64,000 nucleotides of DNA from Haliotis cracherodii (taxonomy: Eukaryota), in contig NW_027266270.1 in assembly GCF_022045235.1 (NCBI RefSeq), positions 36,704,001-36,768,000 on the forward strand, read 5' to 3'. This document shows, in pieces, positions 37,301-50,726 of the stretch. The notes beneath the pieces are model-generated. The model made no database searches and was not told the origin of the DNA. It saw only the letters and a list, made by a program, of their open reading frames with translations. The stretch's first letter is position 1. The number at the start of each line of letters is the position of its first letter. The position numbers were made by a program, and so were the translations under genes.

Positions 37301-39806
37301 GAAATAATGCAAACATTTACTTTGAAGAATTATGATAAAACTTCTCTGCAGAGATAGTTCGGCAGGTGGAAGAAAATTTCATGCAGCCCTACAGAAAAGC
37401 TACCAGCCACGGGCAGGCAGTTATTATGGACATTGATCTGATGTCAATTTCTGAGTGAGATTAAAACTTATTATGAGGTAGAAAAATAAGGAAGGACATG
37501 CTTCATTTGTACACGGAAGAATAGCGGTCACAAACAGTGCACAAGCTGGGGTATTCATGACGGAGCAGAGCAAGACAATATGTTTGATTAATACTGATGA
37601 GAATAGCACATACAGCAGCACTGACTGCTCCACCCCCTTCAGGAGATTGTACCTGCTCTGTGTACATTGACCTGTTACACATTCACACTGCCAGGCCGGG
37701 AGGTAAACATGTTGTGTGCTCACACTCGATCAACAAACTCCCAGTGGCCACTTCCAGGTTATCACAAAGCAAGGGGCAAGTCACCATGTTGAACTTTGTC
37801 AGCATTATCACCATTACAATTAGTTGTTAGTTATTTAGGAACACATATAAATATGGCCAACTGTAAGACGCAATGTTTTTTTATCTGCTGTTAATGGCTT
37901 ATGTTATCTGACCAAGAACTTGAACAAGTAACATGATGAAAAAGGAATAACTTGAATGGAACTGCACATGAAAAATAATTGTCAGGGCCTTTACAGCATG
38001 TCAAGTTATGTGCTTGTTATTTTCTAATAACCATGCTTACTGTATGTTCAGTGAGTACTTAAACATAGTAATCTTCCTCATACATGTGCAGTGTATTGCC
38101 CAGGGTGTTCTAGTGAAAACAGTATCGACCACCATGACAAGCTCATCTGGTATGTTAGACTGTCAGACGAGTATTTTGCAGTTTACTTGAAAAGTCTGTG
38201 GGAACCAAGAATACAATACTTGTGTAGATTCTAGCCTGCATTTAAAGCACACTTTTTATATATCTTATTTAAGTCTCCTTCATCCAAACTTGAGGTGTGA
38301 AATTTGCAGTGATTTGTTGAAATTTTGCTGATTCAGCATGTTCAGTGATTTGTGATTAGCAAAGTAACTGGTAAGAGATAAAAACTCAACCCAGGTTTGC
38401 CAAGTCTTTAGCACAAATAACACACTGCACAACGAAAGCTGAACTAGGTTATAATGTCTGGACCCTTTGTTTGTGCACAGTGAAACATGGGTGGGTAGAC
38501 TCCTCACTGACCAGTCGGGGTGGTGCAGCATGTATTTGGATGGTCCTGTTGTGGCCAGCCGTGGAATACTACAGAAGCCTAGTGGACACTGTGTCCAAGA
38601 TAGACATGATAGTAGATTATTCATTTCATAGATATTGGGCAAACTTTGGTTTCTGCAACTAGAGAGTATAATTACGGGTACTCATTTCGATCATTACTGA
38701 TGCTTATGGCAAATACAGTGTTTGAAATCATTACTGTCTTAAGTGATATTCTATGATAGCATTTTCCACATGAACAATGTGAAATCCTAAAAAATGATCC
38801 CACATATTAATTATTATTATTGTTGATCATATTTTTATCATGGTTGAGGGAAAAATTACCATGATTTGTAGAAGATATCTGCTATATTATTTTGAAAATT
38901 ATGAGGATTGTATTATTTCAGATTTCGTAAGACATTTCTTTAAGCATGTTTAGGGTAAGTCAAGTAAGTCGTTGTCATGCATAGCCTTTCTTCTTCATGG
39001 ATGTTGTTTATTTTCACACCCAGCTTGTGTTGCGCCACAAGATTGAGTCCCCGCAGAGCTTGTTCAGTTACAATCTTGCACTGGCACAGAAAAAGTGGCA
39101 CTCCATTGCACTTATGCTTATCATTGAGAAATGATGTCAGCCAATCCTTTCATTACCTTTCAATACTGTTAATCATGTTTATATTGGCTGTGTTTTTCCA
39201 CGTTTTGTGCCTGGAAAAGCCTACTCTCCATGCCATGAAGTTTTCCTGTGCATAATTGTCCCAATGAACTCCGGAGGAGTGACTGACCAAACTGAAACGA
39301 AGCTGCTTTTGCTACAAGTTGGCCAATTCTGTCCCACCTCAGCTTATGCATATGTCCATCCATCCTCCTTCCCCAAGATACATTTTGACATAAACACTAA
39401 CCTGCTGGTCCAAGGCTAGTGAACCAAGGAAAACTGCTATCCTTGCTTGTTTACTAAATCTGACTGAAAACTTGTTGTAAACATGTTACTGGTAAACATA
39501 GATGAAAATACATATTCAGACAGATCAGAACAAATTTCCAACTTCCAGTTATGAAAAAATAATTTCTGTTCATCACGTCTAGTAAACGTTTGTTGTTAAT
39601 AGTCCTCATCATGCACACAGCTAATTGAGTCAATGTGTTCATTGCTAAGAAGATAAACCAACTGGTTAACATTAATGATGAGTGGTCATGAAAATGCATC
39701 CACCCACCCAACTGGGTCAGCTTCAGACACTATTTGTTCTGAAGTGATGATGTTATGGAGGCAGTGGAGCAGGTTGTGATTGACCGATGTGTTGTGACTG
39801 TTGCAG

Positions 39807-39963
39807 GCTACTCCACAGATGAGACTGACTCTGGGGCGAACCGACGGGCACGCCATGCATCAGAGGGGAGTAGCACAAAGTCATTCCTCATACTCGGACT
39901 CATTTTCCTGGCATCGTTGCTAGCTTTGGGAGTTGTGTATCTCAACTTCCCGAAGCTGGATCA
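39807..39963 (+). CDS. TMEM41B: TMEM41B coding exon 2
   Basis: TTGCAG| ... |GTGAGT; ..EGSSTKSFLILGLIFLASLLALGVVYLNFPKLD(Q), corresponding to GSARMSLLILVSIF..VYKNFPQL. Confidence 0.92.
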
Positions 39964-41130
39964 GTGAGTACTTTGTCCCTATAAGCCCATCTTTGCCGTC
40001 CTTCAACAAGGTTGTGTAAGGTTTGTATATGTGCTGCACACCCGTGACCTAGCTTGTTGTCTGACTTGGCATGCTGCCATTTGTAACCCTTGTTTTGCTG
40101 CATGTTGCCTTTGTTAGAAGTGCTAGTGTTCACTTGGAAACAACAAAAAACATAACATTTTCAGTAAACAATATTTAGGTTGGTGCTGGGGAGTTTCAGA
40201 TGTGCTGATGTAGTATTTGAATGTACTGGTAAGCCAGGATAAGTTGAGATTTGACCTGACAATAAACCCTGTATGACTATGTATGAGGTCTGCCCACTGT
40301 ACCATTGTGAAAGAAGGGGTAGCGGGTGGTAGTATGATGGATATGGGCGTGTCCTGTCTCGGCTAGCGAGTTCTAGTGGCGAGTTCAATAGCATCCAATT
40401 GTAAGTGAGATACCTGATGACCGAAAATGGTGACAGCAAATCTGCAAGATTAGATCACAACAACTGAGAAGTATTGTGGCAATGAAGGGAATTCATGTGC
40501 TGTAAAAATGGAATACTTTTATTACCCCAGGGAGCAGTAATGAATAGTGTCACAGCATTCTTGAAATGATTGTGAAGGTTGAGACCTTAACATAGAGATA
40601 GTTGACTCTGTGACATGTTCCTTAATTAATCCCATGTCAGTGTTTATGAGGTTTCAGCATACTGTAAACGTAATACTGCAAGCTGAATATGTATGGTGAT
40701 AACTGGATAATCATAGCATGGCATCGACTTAATAGTCTTATGAGCAACATGTGTCCACAGGAGCGTTGTCGGTTTCCTTGTCATGACCTGCATGTGCATG
40801 ACATGTGGACACCCTCTCTACCTGTACCAAACCAAATATGTTTGTCCAAATTCTTGCACCGCCTGTTTATCCCAAACACAGTTTGTGAGTTGTTTCAACT
40901 TATCCTGGATTACCAGTAGATCGCCCTAAACATGCTAATGCGTGGACTTTTAACACCATAATTATGATCCCTTATTTTTCATGCTTATTTTTTGATATTG
41001 TTGTTAATCCCAGTTTTGAATCCCAGGGTAATATACTAATCACTAAATCTAGCATTTATTAACTTGAAACAGCATTTATTACATTTGTATGGCAGACTAA
41101 TTTCAAGATTTGAGTCCATCTGGTACTAAC

Positions 41131-42317
41131 CACTGTGCAGAGTAGCATCCCTTAGTCACAACATCCACTGTACACAGTAGCATCCCTTAGTCACACCATC
41201 CTCTGTACACAGTAGCATCCCTTAGTCACACCATCCACTGTACACAGTAGCATCCCTTAGTCACACCATCCTCTGTACACAGTAGCATCCCTTAGTCACA
41301 CCATACTCTGTACACAGTAGCATCCCTCAGTCACACCATACTCTGTACACAGTAGCATCCCTTAGTCACACCATACTCTGTACACAGTAGCATCCCTCAG
41401 TCACACCATCCACTGTACACAGTAGCATCCCTTAGTCACACCATCCACTGTACACAGTAGCATCCCTTAGTCACACCATACTCTGTACAGAGTAGCATCC
41501 CTTAGTCACACCATCCACTGTACAGAGTAGCATCCCTTAGTCACACCATCCTCTGTACACAGTAGCATCCCTTAGTCACACCATACTCTGTACACAGTAG
41601 CATCCCTTAGTCACACCATACTCTGTACACAGTAGCATCCCTCAGTCACACCATACTCTGTACACAGTAGCATCCCTTAGTCACACCATCCTCTGTACAG
41701 AGTAGCATCCCTTAGTCACACCATCCACTGTACACAGTAGCATCCCTTAGTCACACCATCCTCTGTACACAGTAGCATCCCTTAGTCACACCATCCACTG
41801 TACACAGTAGCATCCCTTAGTCACACCATCCTCTGTACACAGTAGCATCCCTTAGTCACACCATCCACTGTACACAGTAGCATCCCTTAGTCACACCATC
41901 CACTGTACACAGTAGCATCCCTTAGTCACACCATCCTCTGTACACAGTAGCATCCCTTAGTCACACCATCCACTGTACACAGTAGCATCCCTTAGTCACA
42001 CCATCCACTGTACACAGTAGCATTCCTCAGTCACACCATCCACTGTACACAGTAGCATCCCTTAGTCACACCATCCACTGTACACATTAGCATCCCTTAG
42101 TCACACCATCCACTGTACACAGTAGCATTCCTTAGTCACACCATCCACTGTACACAGTAGCATCCCTTAGTCACACCATCCACTGTACACAGTAGCATCC
42201 CTTAGTCACACCATCCACTGTACACAGTAGCATCCCTTAGTCACACCATCCACTGTACACAGTAGCATCCCTTAGTCACACCATCCACTGTACACAGTAG
42301 CATCCCTTAGTCACACC
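41131..42317. repeat. 35-bp minisatellite (about 34 copies) in TMEM41B intron 2
   Basis: Unit CACTGTACACAGTAGCATCCCTTAGTCACACCATC. Confidence 0.96.
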
Positions 42318-44376
42318 TTAAATGTGTGGGCTCCTGTGAACAATAAAGCTGACACATACTGGGCAAAGCCCAAGTCTCAGTTAGGGACTCACCATTTGAT
42401 GTTCTTGTGGTTGGGGCTGTGATTTTACGTTAAGAAAATAAATTGTTCCAGAAAATGCTTGAAAAAAGTAATTCTGCTTCAGACTATTGAAAAAAATGCA
42501 TTGTCAGCAACAACAAAATATATTGTGTTAAAAAAATATTTTGGTTCATACCTTTAATCAACAAAATATGTGTTTTTGCCTAACTAGCTCACTTGCCACG
42601 AGTAGATCCTTTTGAGTGAATATGGCTTGCTCAGCACATCATCTGTTGTGGGAAGGAATGCACTAACACCACTATTTGAGATGTATGCCAATGTTTACTT
42701 TCAGCTCACCTGACTGAAAGTCAAGTGAACTTATGTCCATGTCGGTTTATCTGGCATCGGTCTTGAATGCTGCATCATTTACATCTTCTCAGAAACTGAC
42801 ATCTTCCCAAGGCAAGGGGTCAACTGACTGTAAAAGTCCAGTTTCCACCCTTGCTGAAATGGACTGGAATTTATGGGCTTGATCATAGTGCCACCAGTGG
42901 CTATTACGAGTTATGTCCCTTCTATGTCCCTCCTATTGACCAATCAGAATCCACTTCTCATATCACTTGCAATTACTTCAAACAAAATGTTGACACCCAG
43001 TCAAGATCGATAATCAAAATCTATATGGAAGCAAAACGGGTCTCACTTCACAAAGTGCATCAAATTACGTAAGAACCTTGATTAAAAACTTGAAAAATAA
43101 TTTGGAAAATATCTGTTGACGCAAATTTGGCAGTACACATGCTTTGCAATCTTGCAATTGAGCTCATTTAACGAACCGGATGTCGATGTCATTACACCAA
43201 TTTGATTGGACTTTGCATGTACATGTACTTGTTAGTCCAGCCAATAGTAAGTCCATGCTTCCAGCACGGTCCTGATGGTAAGGCATCGGGGACTGCACAT
43301 GCAGACAAGTAGCTGTGCAAATATTGTTGATATTTACATGTAGGATCTTTGATGCTGTTATATGGCAGGGTTTTACATGACACAGAATTGTGTGTCCAGT
43401 ACGCACAAGTATATAGAATGGATGAAGAAAAAAATATATTTGCATCCTGAGGGATGCACAATAATGTTCATTGTATCAAATTCTTGACAAGAAATATAAA
43501 CCTCCTGTAATTAAAGTAATTATTAGATCTTATAGTATAGGAATTTACAGGAGCCTCATATTTCCTGATAGGGCCCTTGAAATTAGTATTTGGGTGTCCG
43601 CGGTACCCCTGGTTTTGTAGGTCAAGGTAAGACCCTGTACTGTCAGTTGTTGGGACCGGTCAGAGTATAGACAGTTTGGAATGGTGGATGAGAAGATTTT
43701 GTGTGTAGGTATTGACTATGCATGTATCGCGTCAGCAACTTGTTGCAGTAACACTGCTTGTTTTATTCTTGATCGGCATGTTCAATTTCACTGTTCTGCT
43801 TGTCATGAACTGCGGAGGACTTTCAGTTGTCCCAGAAAGACTTCCCCTTCCGCAAGCTACTGAGCTTTCACTGTATGTAACTGGGAGAACATTATGAATT
43901 TTTCTCTTAAACATATTCAGGTAAGGTGAGCAGCCTGTTTTTGTATTTTTATGTTCTAGTGTAGGGCTGTGTAAATAGAAATTGGTGTGTGATGTGAGAG
44001 TGGTAAATATCCAGGTCAGGTGGTGGCATAGTTTAACAACTGACACTGCTGTTTTATGGTAATAACATTTGAAGCCTTATCGAAGCTGGTAGGTTCGTAA
44101 ACTTATGTGACACTGGATACGATGTGTGCTTTGTTACTATCTTCAAGTACATTAAAGAGCTGTATTATCAGTGAAGACAAGACCGACTTATAAATTCCTA
44201 CTTCGGTAGAGTTTCTCACAATTTGCTTGATAAAGGTATCAGCCACTAATACCAAAACGTCACACAAAGTTGAAATGATATCCTGGTATTTGATAATACT
44301 GGAGATAATGTAATATTGTGGTTACGTAATATCTATGAATTCTATTACATGTATTATGCACTTTTTTCTGTTTCAG

Positions 44377-44505
44377 AGATGAAGTTCAGTATATTAAACT
44401 ACCTAGAGATATTGATGATGCGAAAAATTTGGGAAGAGTTTTGTCAAGATACAAGGACAGATATTTTTACCAAGTTTTAGTTGGAGTTTTCGTCATGTAT
44501 ATATT
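44377..44505 (+). CDS. TMEM41B: TMEM41B coding exon 3
   Basis: DEVQYIKLPRDIDDAKNLGRVLSRYKDRYFYQVLVGVFVMYI(F); ends at a U12 donor. Confidence 0.95.
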
Positions 44506-45085
44506 GTATCCTTTCCACCCACTGATTCCACCCACTGATGCAGTATGTGAAGTGTACTAGCAGCAGCTGGCCTGAAACAGACACTAATAGCAGATACTTA
44601 CAATATTGTTCATTTTGAATGCTAAAAAAAACAAAAGTGCAAATTGAACTTCCTCATTTCTTGTATTCTGCCCATTTCTGGTGTCCCCTGCCAAGGTATT
44701 GCTGGAATATTGCTAAAATCGGCGTAAAACTATACTCACTCGCTCACTCTTGTATTCTGCACATTTATTTCAAATCATCTCTTGTTATTAGAGTGTTTGA
44801 TCATGGCCTTTTTGATGACGGGTTAGTTAGAACATGTTTATGGAATGTGGAAAATTCTATTTCTTTTACTATCAGATGTTGCACATTCTGTACTGGTGAT
44901 TATAATGTTGAAGAGCAAGCAACTCATATCCATGTAACATTTAGAAATGGCTGTCTGAACACGCTTCACCTACATCAGAAATTGAAACTCTGTGATACAT
45001 GGCTGCCACTTTTGTTCGAATGACATGAAAACTGTACATGTCTGTCAGATGCAAGTGTCCCTAGTGATCCTTAACCATTGTTCAG
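44506..45085 (+). other. TMEM41B: U12-type (minor spliceosome) GT-AG intron of TMEM41B
   Basis: 5' splice site GTATCCTTT; branch site TCCTTAAC (45068-45075) close to the CAG acceptor; no polypyrimidine tract. Confidence 0.95.
44670..44748 (+). mobile_element. 3' fragment of SINE family A inside the U12 intron
   Basis: GCCCATTTCTGGTGTCCCC...GCTGGAATATTGCTAAAA..GGCGTAAAAC..(ACTC)n. Confidence 0.75.
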
Positions 45086-45179
45086 TTTACAAACATTTGC
45101 TATACCAGGATCTATATTTCTCAGCATAATCTGCGGCTATCTCTTCTCCTACTACATTGCTCTGTTTGGTGTTTGTCTG
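45086..45179 (+). CDS. TMEM41B: TMEM41B coding exon 4
   Basis: LQTFAIPGSIFLSIICGYLFSYYIALFGVCL, the VTT/DedA-domain FAIPGS motif; donor |GTGAGT. Confidence 0.96.
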
Positions 45180-45736
45180 GTGAGTATATCACTGTACATA
45201 AAGGTAACCCAGTAGATGCCTCTCAGTAAGCCAGGTGGGCTGGCAACTGCAGTGCCAGTATTCACTGTGGTAACCCGATTGCTGTAATCAGAATAACACT
45301 CATTTTGCTTCATTGTTAGTTATTTGTCTGTAAGTCACTGTAACTTTCCTCAAACATAAATGTGACTCTATGTTGGGACTTTGTGTTTTCTTTTTCATGC
45401 AGTTGCAAGTGAACTAAGATAAACATTTATTTCTTCTAATAGTCCACGTCTGCATTGGTTGCAATCCATTCATGAATCTGACCTTTGGTCTGTCTGACCG
45501 GAGTAGGTAACATGGTTAACAACCAACATGCCTTAGTGACCCCCACCTCAAAGCTGATTAACTGAAATAGCAGTGTTAATCTGAACTCACTTATTTACTG
45601 CCAGGTCATGGTCTACATTGTCTGATAACCAAAAGATGGTGTAGTTGTACCTTATACACTTATAGCTGGCCCTGGTCTGACAAGGCCTACAACACTGTAC
45701 AACCAGTTCTCTCAAAGTATCCGACATTGTCTCTCT

Positions 45737-45844
45737 GCACCATTTGCACAAAACGATCTTAGCGCTAAGACTATTGTAAGCCTATGTTAAAGTATGGGAG
45801 TTAAGATAATCTTAGCACTAAGATCGCTTTGTGCAAGCAGACCC
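45737..45844. mobile_element. Small fold-back MITE (PIF/Harbinger-like) in TMEM41B intron 4
   Basis: TTGCACAAAACGATCTTAGCGCTAAGA ... TCTTAGCACTAAGATCGCTTTGTGCAA inverted repeat. Confidence 0.65.
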
Positions 45845-45987
45845 AGAAATCCGTCTGGAACTGTCCTAACTCACACTGGTTGAGAAGTACATCTTATGGC
45901 TGCTTGTCTTTGTTATTACAAGATACAACATGTGTTAACACCTGTTTGCAGGAAATGGAAACCATTTTCTCCTTCTTGTTTCCCCAG

Positions 45988-46092
45988 GCATCTGCTGTTG
46001 GTGCTTCCTTCTGTTATTTGTTGTCCTACTTGGTTGGAAGAAGGCTGGTAAAGAAGTACATCCCCCAGAGAGTGGCCCAGTGGAGGTCACAT
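45988..46092 (+). CDS. TMEM41B: TMEM41B coding exon 5
   Basis: ASAVGASFCYLLSYLVGRRLVKKYIPQRVAQWRSH; CCCCAG| ... |GTGAGT. Confidence 0.96.
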
Positions 46093-46329
46093 GTGAGTCA
46101 CCTTGCTCAAACACATTGTGCAACTATTTTCAGGAATGTCTGTATGTAGTATACTGTGTTACATGTGGAGGATCTGTGTGGAGAATGTTTATCTGTTACA
46201 TTTGACCTGAATGCATTAATTTTGCTGATTTGAAATTAGGTTAAGTCCTAACAATACAGACAGTATAAAGTGTAATGGTTTTGTTGTGATGAATCTTAGT
46301 ACAGTTTCCATGATACTGTTTGTTTTCAG

Positions 46330-46468
46330 GTCGAAAAGAACCGTGAACACCTGCTCAACTACATGATCTTTCTGCGAATCACTCCATTCCTCCCTAACTG
46401 GTTTATCAACATCACCGCCCCAGTCATCGATGTGCCTCTCTCACCCTTCTTCTGGGGAACCTTTATAG
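46330..46468 (+). CDS. TMEM41B: TMEM41B coding exon 6
   Basis: VEKNREHLLNYMIFLRITPFLPNWFINITAPVIDVPLSPFFWGTFI(G); donor AG|GTGGGT. Confidence 0.97.
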
Positions 46469-46470
46469 GT

Positions 46471-47323
46471 GGGTCCTTGTTATCCGGGTCCAGCTGGTCA
46501 CACTGTCCACTCATTGACGGTCCAGTCACTGCAGGGTCCTTGTGTACCTTCCTGTATCCAGGTTTAGCTTCCAGTGATGTGTGACCCGTGAAGATTCCGG
46601 GGTAGAACAGGTCTTCAGCAAAAGGTGACTATGCTTGTCGTAAAAGGCGACTAATGGGATCGAGTGGTCAGGCTCGCTGACTTGGTTGATGCATGTCATC
46701 GATCCCAATTGCATGGATCGATGCTCATGATATTAATCACTGGATTGTCTGGTCCAGACTCGATTATTTACAGACCGCCGTCATAGAGCTGGAATATTGC
46801 TGAGTGCGGCGTTAAACAACAAACCAACCAACAACCAGGTCCAGCTATTCACACTTTCCACTCATGCATGGTCCAGTCACTGCAGGGTCCTTGTGTACCT
46901 TCCTACATCCAGGTCCAGCTGGTCACACTGTCCACTCATGTATGGTCCAGTCACTGCAGGGTCCTTGTGTACCTTCCTGTAACCAGGTCCAGCTGGTCAC
47001 ACTGTCCACTCATGCATGGTCCAGTCGCTGCAGGGTCCTTGTGTACCTTCCTGTAACCAGGTCCAGCTGGTCACACTGTCCACTCATGCATGGTCCAGTC
47101 ACTGCAGGGTCCCTGTGTACCTTCCTGTAACCAGGTCCAGCTGGTCACACTGTCAACTCATGCATGGTCCAGTCACTGCAGGGTCCTTGTGTACCTTCCT
47201 GTAACCAGGTCCAGCTGGTCACACTGTCCACTCATGCATGGTCCAGTCACTGCAGGGTCCCTGTGTACCTTCCTGTATTCAGGTCCAGTTGGTCACACTG
47301 TCCACTCATGCATGGTCCAGTCA
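46471..47323 (+). repeat. 74-bp minisatellite starting inside the exon-6 donor site, interrupted by a retroposon
   Basis: Unit GGGTCCTTGTGTACCTTCCTGTAACCAGGTCCAGCTGGTCACACTGTCCACTCATGCATGGTCCAGTCACTGCA; the first, degenerate copy begins at intron position +3. Confidence 0.9.
46583..46834 (+). mobile_element. GACCCGTGAAG-family non-autonomous retroposon (no tRNA head)
   Basis: GACCCGTGAAG...ATGCTTGTCGTAAAAGGCGACTAA...GCTGGAATATTGCTGAGTGCGGCGTTAAAC(AAC)n; at least 6 other copies in the window. Confidence 0.85.
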
Positions 47324-47380
47324 TCTGAGGTGCTGCAATTCACAGTGCAGAGTTGTGTCCCTTAGCTGGTCATGGTCATG

Positions 47381-47728
47381 GGACCGCCTCCGTGGTCTAA
47401 AGGTAGAGCGTCCGCCCGGAGAGAGGAAGGTTCGGGGTTCGATCCCCAGCCGCGTCATACCAAAAGACGTTAAAAGATGGTACTTGTTGTTACCCTGACT
47501 GGTGCTCGGCATTAAGGGGCTAAAACAAGGACTGGTCGGCTCGGAGTCAGTATACTGTGTCTGAGTGGGGTATTCATGTTAAACTGCGGCATGGTATCTC
47601 AGTGTGCTAGCACTTTAAATCGGCAACAGTCCGGACTAGTACAAGCAGCCACACACACACATACACGTGCATGCACGTCGCTATATAAGTGCAGTAATCT
47701 TGAACCTCATTTCACCTCACCTCACCTC
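47381..47728 (+). mobile_element. tRNA-derived SINE (family B; central domain resembles MetaSINE)
   Basis: A/B boxes (GTGGTCTAAAGG, GGTTCGATCCC); core CATACCAAAAGACGTTAAAAGATGGTAC...AAGGACTGGTCGGC..GTCAGTATA; (CACCT)n tail; second copy at 59650-59905 (minus). Confidence 0.8.
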
Positions 47729-48419
47729 CAAGACATGAGCAGTGAATGTAGTTGTGTTTGTGTGTTGGATGTAGTTACTGCAGTGGCATGTCTCCACATG
47801 ATATACCATGTATGCAGCATTGCAGCATTATAATGTCTTATTGCTCACTGGGGCATCAAGGACAATGCTTACAATGAGATTATATCTTTGTACATTCATC
47901 CTGTGGCATTGGCCTTGTGATTATGTTATCTATTCACCTGATAATGAGCAAGAAGTAGCTTGGAAATGTACAAAGGCTAAAAGAAGTTGCTCTCCATAAA
48001 AAAGGTGTCATGTGTCAATGGGATTTTAGTATGCATGCCAAGCTTTCAGTGAATTAGTAATTGTGTTAATCAACACGGACCAGTGAGGCGTTTCATGTTT
48101 AACTCAACTGTTGAACAGGTCAAAGGCTCTGGTTTGATTCTTCAATGGGTACAATGTATGAAGCCCATACTTGGTGTCCACTGCTATGTTTGCTTGAATA
48201 CGTATGGCTAAAGCTGTCACTACCATATTCATGCTGTGGCCAGACTCTATATATTTCTTAGTTTACACATGTTTTTGTGTGGGTAGATGCAGGGAGATAG
48301 ATATGGATGAGATGAAAGTAAGCAATGTGAATGCCAAATGTTTTTATGGTGAATGTTTGCTTTCACCAGAATATAGAAGTAATACTTTTCTGATTATTTA
48401 CTTGACCTCGATGTTGCAG

Positions 48420-48589
48420 GAGTTGCTCCCCCTTCCTTCGTAGCAGTCCAGGCAGGAACTACCTTGTACAAGTTGACCTCGTCAGGGGACGCTGTGTCAT
48501 GGACCTCTATGATTGTACTAGCGGCATTAGCTATCCTCTCTCTGCTACCGGTTGTTTTCAAGAAAAGGTTGCAAAAGAAGTTTGATTGA
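48420..48589 (+). CDS. TMEM41B: TMEM41B final coding exon
   Basis: GVAPPSFVAVQAGTTLYKLTSSGDAVSWTSMIVLAALAILSLLPVVFKKRLQKKFD*; C-terminal KKxx ER-retrieval motif. Total CDS is 954 nt (317 aa). Confidence 0.96.
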
Positions 48590-49651
48590 CACGAGTCACC
48601 TATTAGACATTCTTGTGTGTGAGGAGAATGACAGATCTGGCGTGTATGTGTCTGTTACCATGGTTACCCATGCATTTGATTAACAGTTTGCTCATGTGAA
48701 CTGCATTTAGGATTACGGGTCATCAACAGCTGTCAAGTTAATGTGAGGCAATTTTGTAAATAACAAGGTGATTTTATGGGTTTATTGAACTTCTGAACAT
48801 GCAAGAAACTCCCTTCCAGGTGGTTACCATATCAGATATGCTTACAAATATGGATGTATTTTGCTACAGTGCTTTGGATGACATTTTATGCTGGAATGGA
48901 TGATTTTTCAATGTTTGAACATTAGATGAAACAGTATGTCAGTCGGTAGTGTTGCACCAAAGCTATCTGACAGATCTGATGTGGCCTCCCATTCCATGTC
49001 TTCACAGTCAGTATGCATTTCTATTCATGGAAATATTTGCAATTATACAAATTGATCTGTAAGGTGGTCACAATTAAGGACACGGTTAAATTGTGATTTG
49101 AGTAAAGTATATACACAAACAAAAAGTAAGCACGCCCTGTATATTTTACAATAACTGGCCCTATGAGTGTTGGCATTGAAACTTCAGAAAAATGAATGGG
49201 GTGTGTAAGAAGACGTTTCGGATGTACCGATCACTATTAAGGTTTCCTTGGAAGGTGACAAGATCCAGATTACAATTGTGTGACAGACAACCCCAAACCA
49301 TCACCTAAACTGTACCATACTGGGGTCATAGGTTCCTGGGTGTGGTGGCCGTATTTGTATGCCTCACAATTCCCAATCCGCCATTCGTGACATGGAGCGG
49401 AAACCTGCTTCATCGGACTGGTGCACTCGTTGCCAAGTCCTCAGATGCCATCCTGTCTGGGCCAAACCCCATGTTAAACGACATCTATGATGACTATTGG
49501 CAAGGAACGATGCTTGAATACTCTCCTAGACTTCACTACCCCCTATTTTCAGATTTTCGTTGATTCCGTTTATTGGCACTTCAGAACAGGAGATGTTGCA
49601 AATGGTTGATGACGTTCAAGCTGAAGCAGGGCTATGTCCTCACCTTGACAT

Positions 49652-49842
49652 CATGTGAGATCTTCCTGACCATGTGAGATCTTACTCACCATGTGAGATC
49701 TGACCATGTGAGATCTTCCTGACCATGTGAGATCTTCCTGACCATGTGAGATCTACCTGACCATGGGAGATCTTCCTGACCATGGGATATCTTCCTGACC
49801 ATGGGATATCTTCCTGACCATGGGATATCTTCCTGACCATCC
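49652..49842. repeat. 19-bp minisatellite (about 10 copies), probably in the TMEM41B 3' UTR
   Basis: Unit GACCATG(T/G)GA(G/T)ATCTTCCT. Confidence 0.88.
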
Positions 49843-50726
49843 TGTACAGAATTGGTACAAAAAAATGGGCAAACCAGTCTGTTAATTACCGTAAAATGAA
49901 AACCTTGTTGATGTCCTAAGCTTTCACCGGCCATGCCTGTGCGATGCATACAAGTAACACCCATCTATACGCCTCTGACAACCTTCATCGTGCCATGTTC
50001 ACATATACTGCTTCAACAATGCAAGACAGTGACGTTAAATACCCACAGTTGTGGTGTACAGATACTGCATGTTGAAACATGCATGCTGCACGTGCATGTC
50101 GTCACAGTTGTACTGTTCATCATTTCGATGGAACATCATTCTTTACATATTCATCACAAAATTAACATTTGTTGCAAATATTTCAGCATGAATTATTTCC
50201 AGGGGTGCTTAACTTATTTCTTTGTGTATATATATTTGTGTGAAAAGGTATAGTACAAATTTGTATTGCCAACCAATTGTAGTGTAGTGGGGAAGTGTGC
50301 AATCAGTATATTGCTGAGGTTTTAATTGTCTTCATATAGAATATATAAATTCATGTGCGTTTTGCAGCTCTTGTTGAACAATGTCAATAAATATTATTAA
50401 GTTTTAGCATGTTTAAGAAATTCTGGGTTGTAATAGTTTCATAGAAGTTGCCTATGTTGCTAGCTAGTTGAGAGCATGAACATGAGGCAGAACTGTTGCC
50501 ACCTTTGTCTACATGTGATTATGATCATGATCATGTACTGTTGTTGAAAATCACCAACCGGGAAGGACTTGGACCAACCATCATGTGTTGAGAGTTGATC
50601 AGATTTCACAGATCTTTTCCTACCTTTATATTCTTTTTACAACCAAGTATTGCAGAGTAGCATGTTTCATGTTTGGTATAATGTTCATGTCTGTATACTG
50701 TTGGCCAGTTCCTTAATAATAAACGC

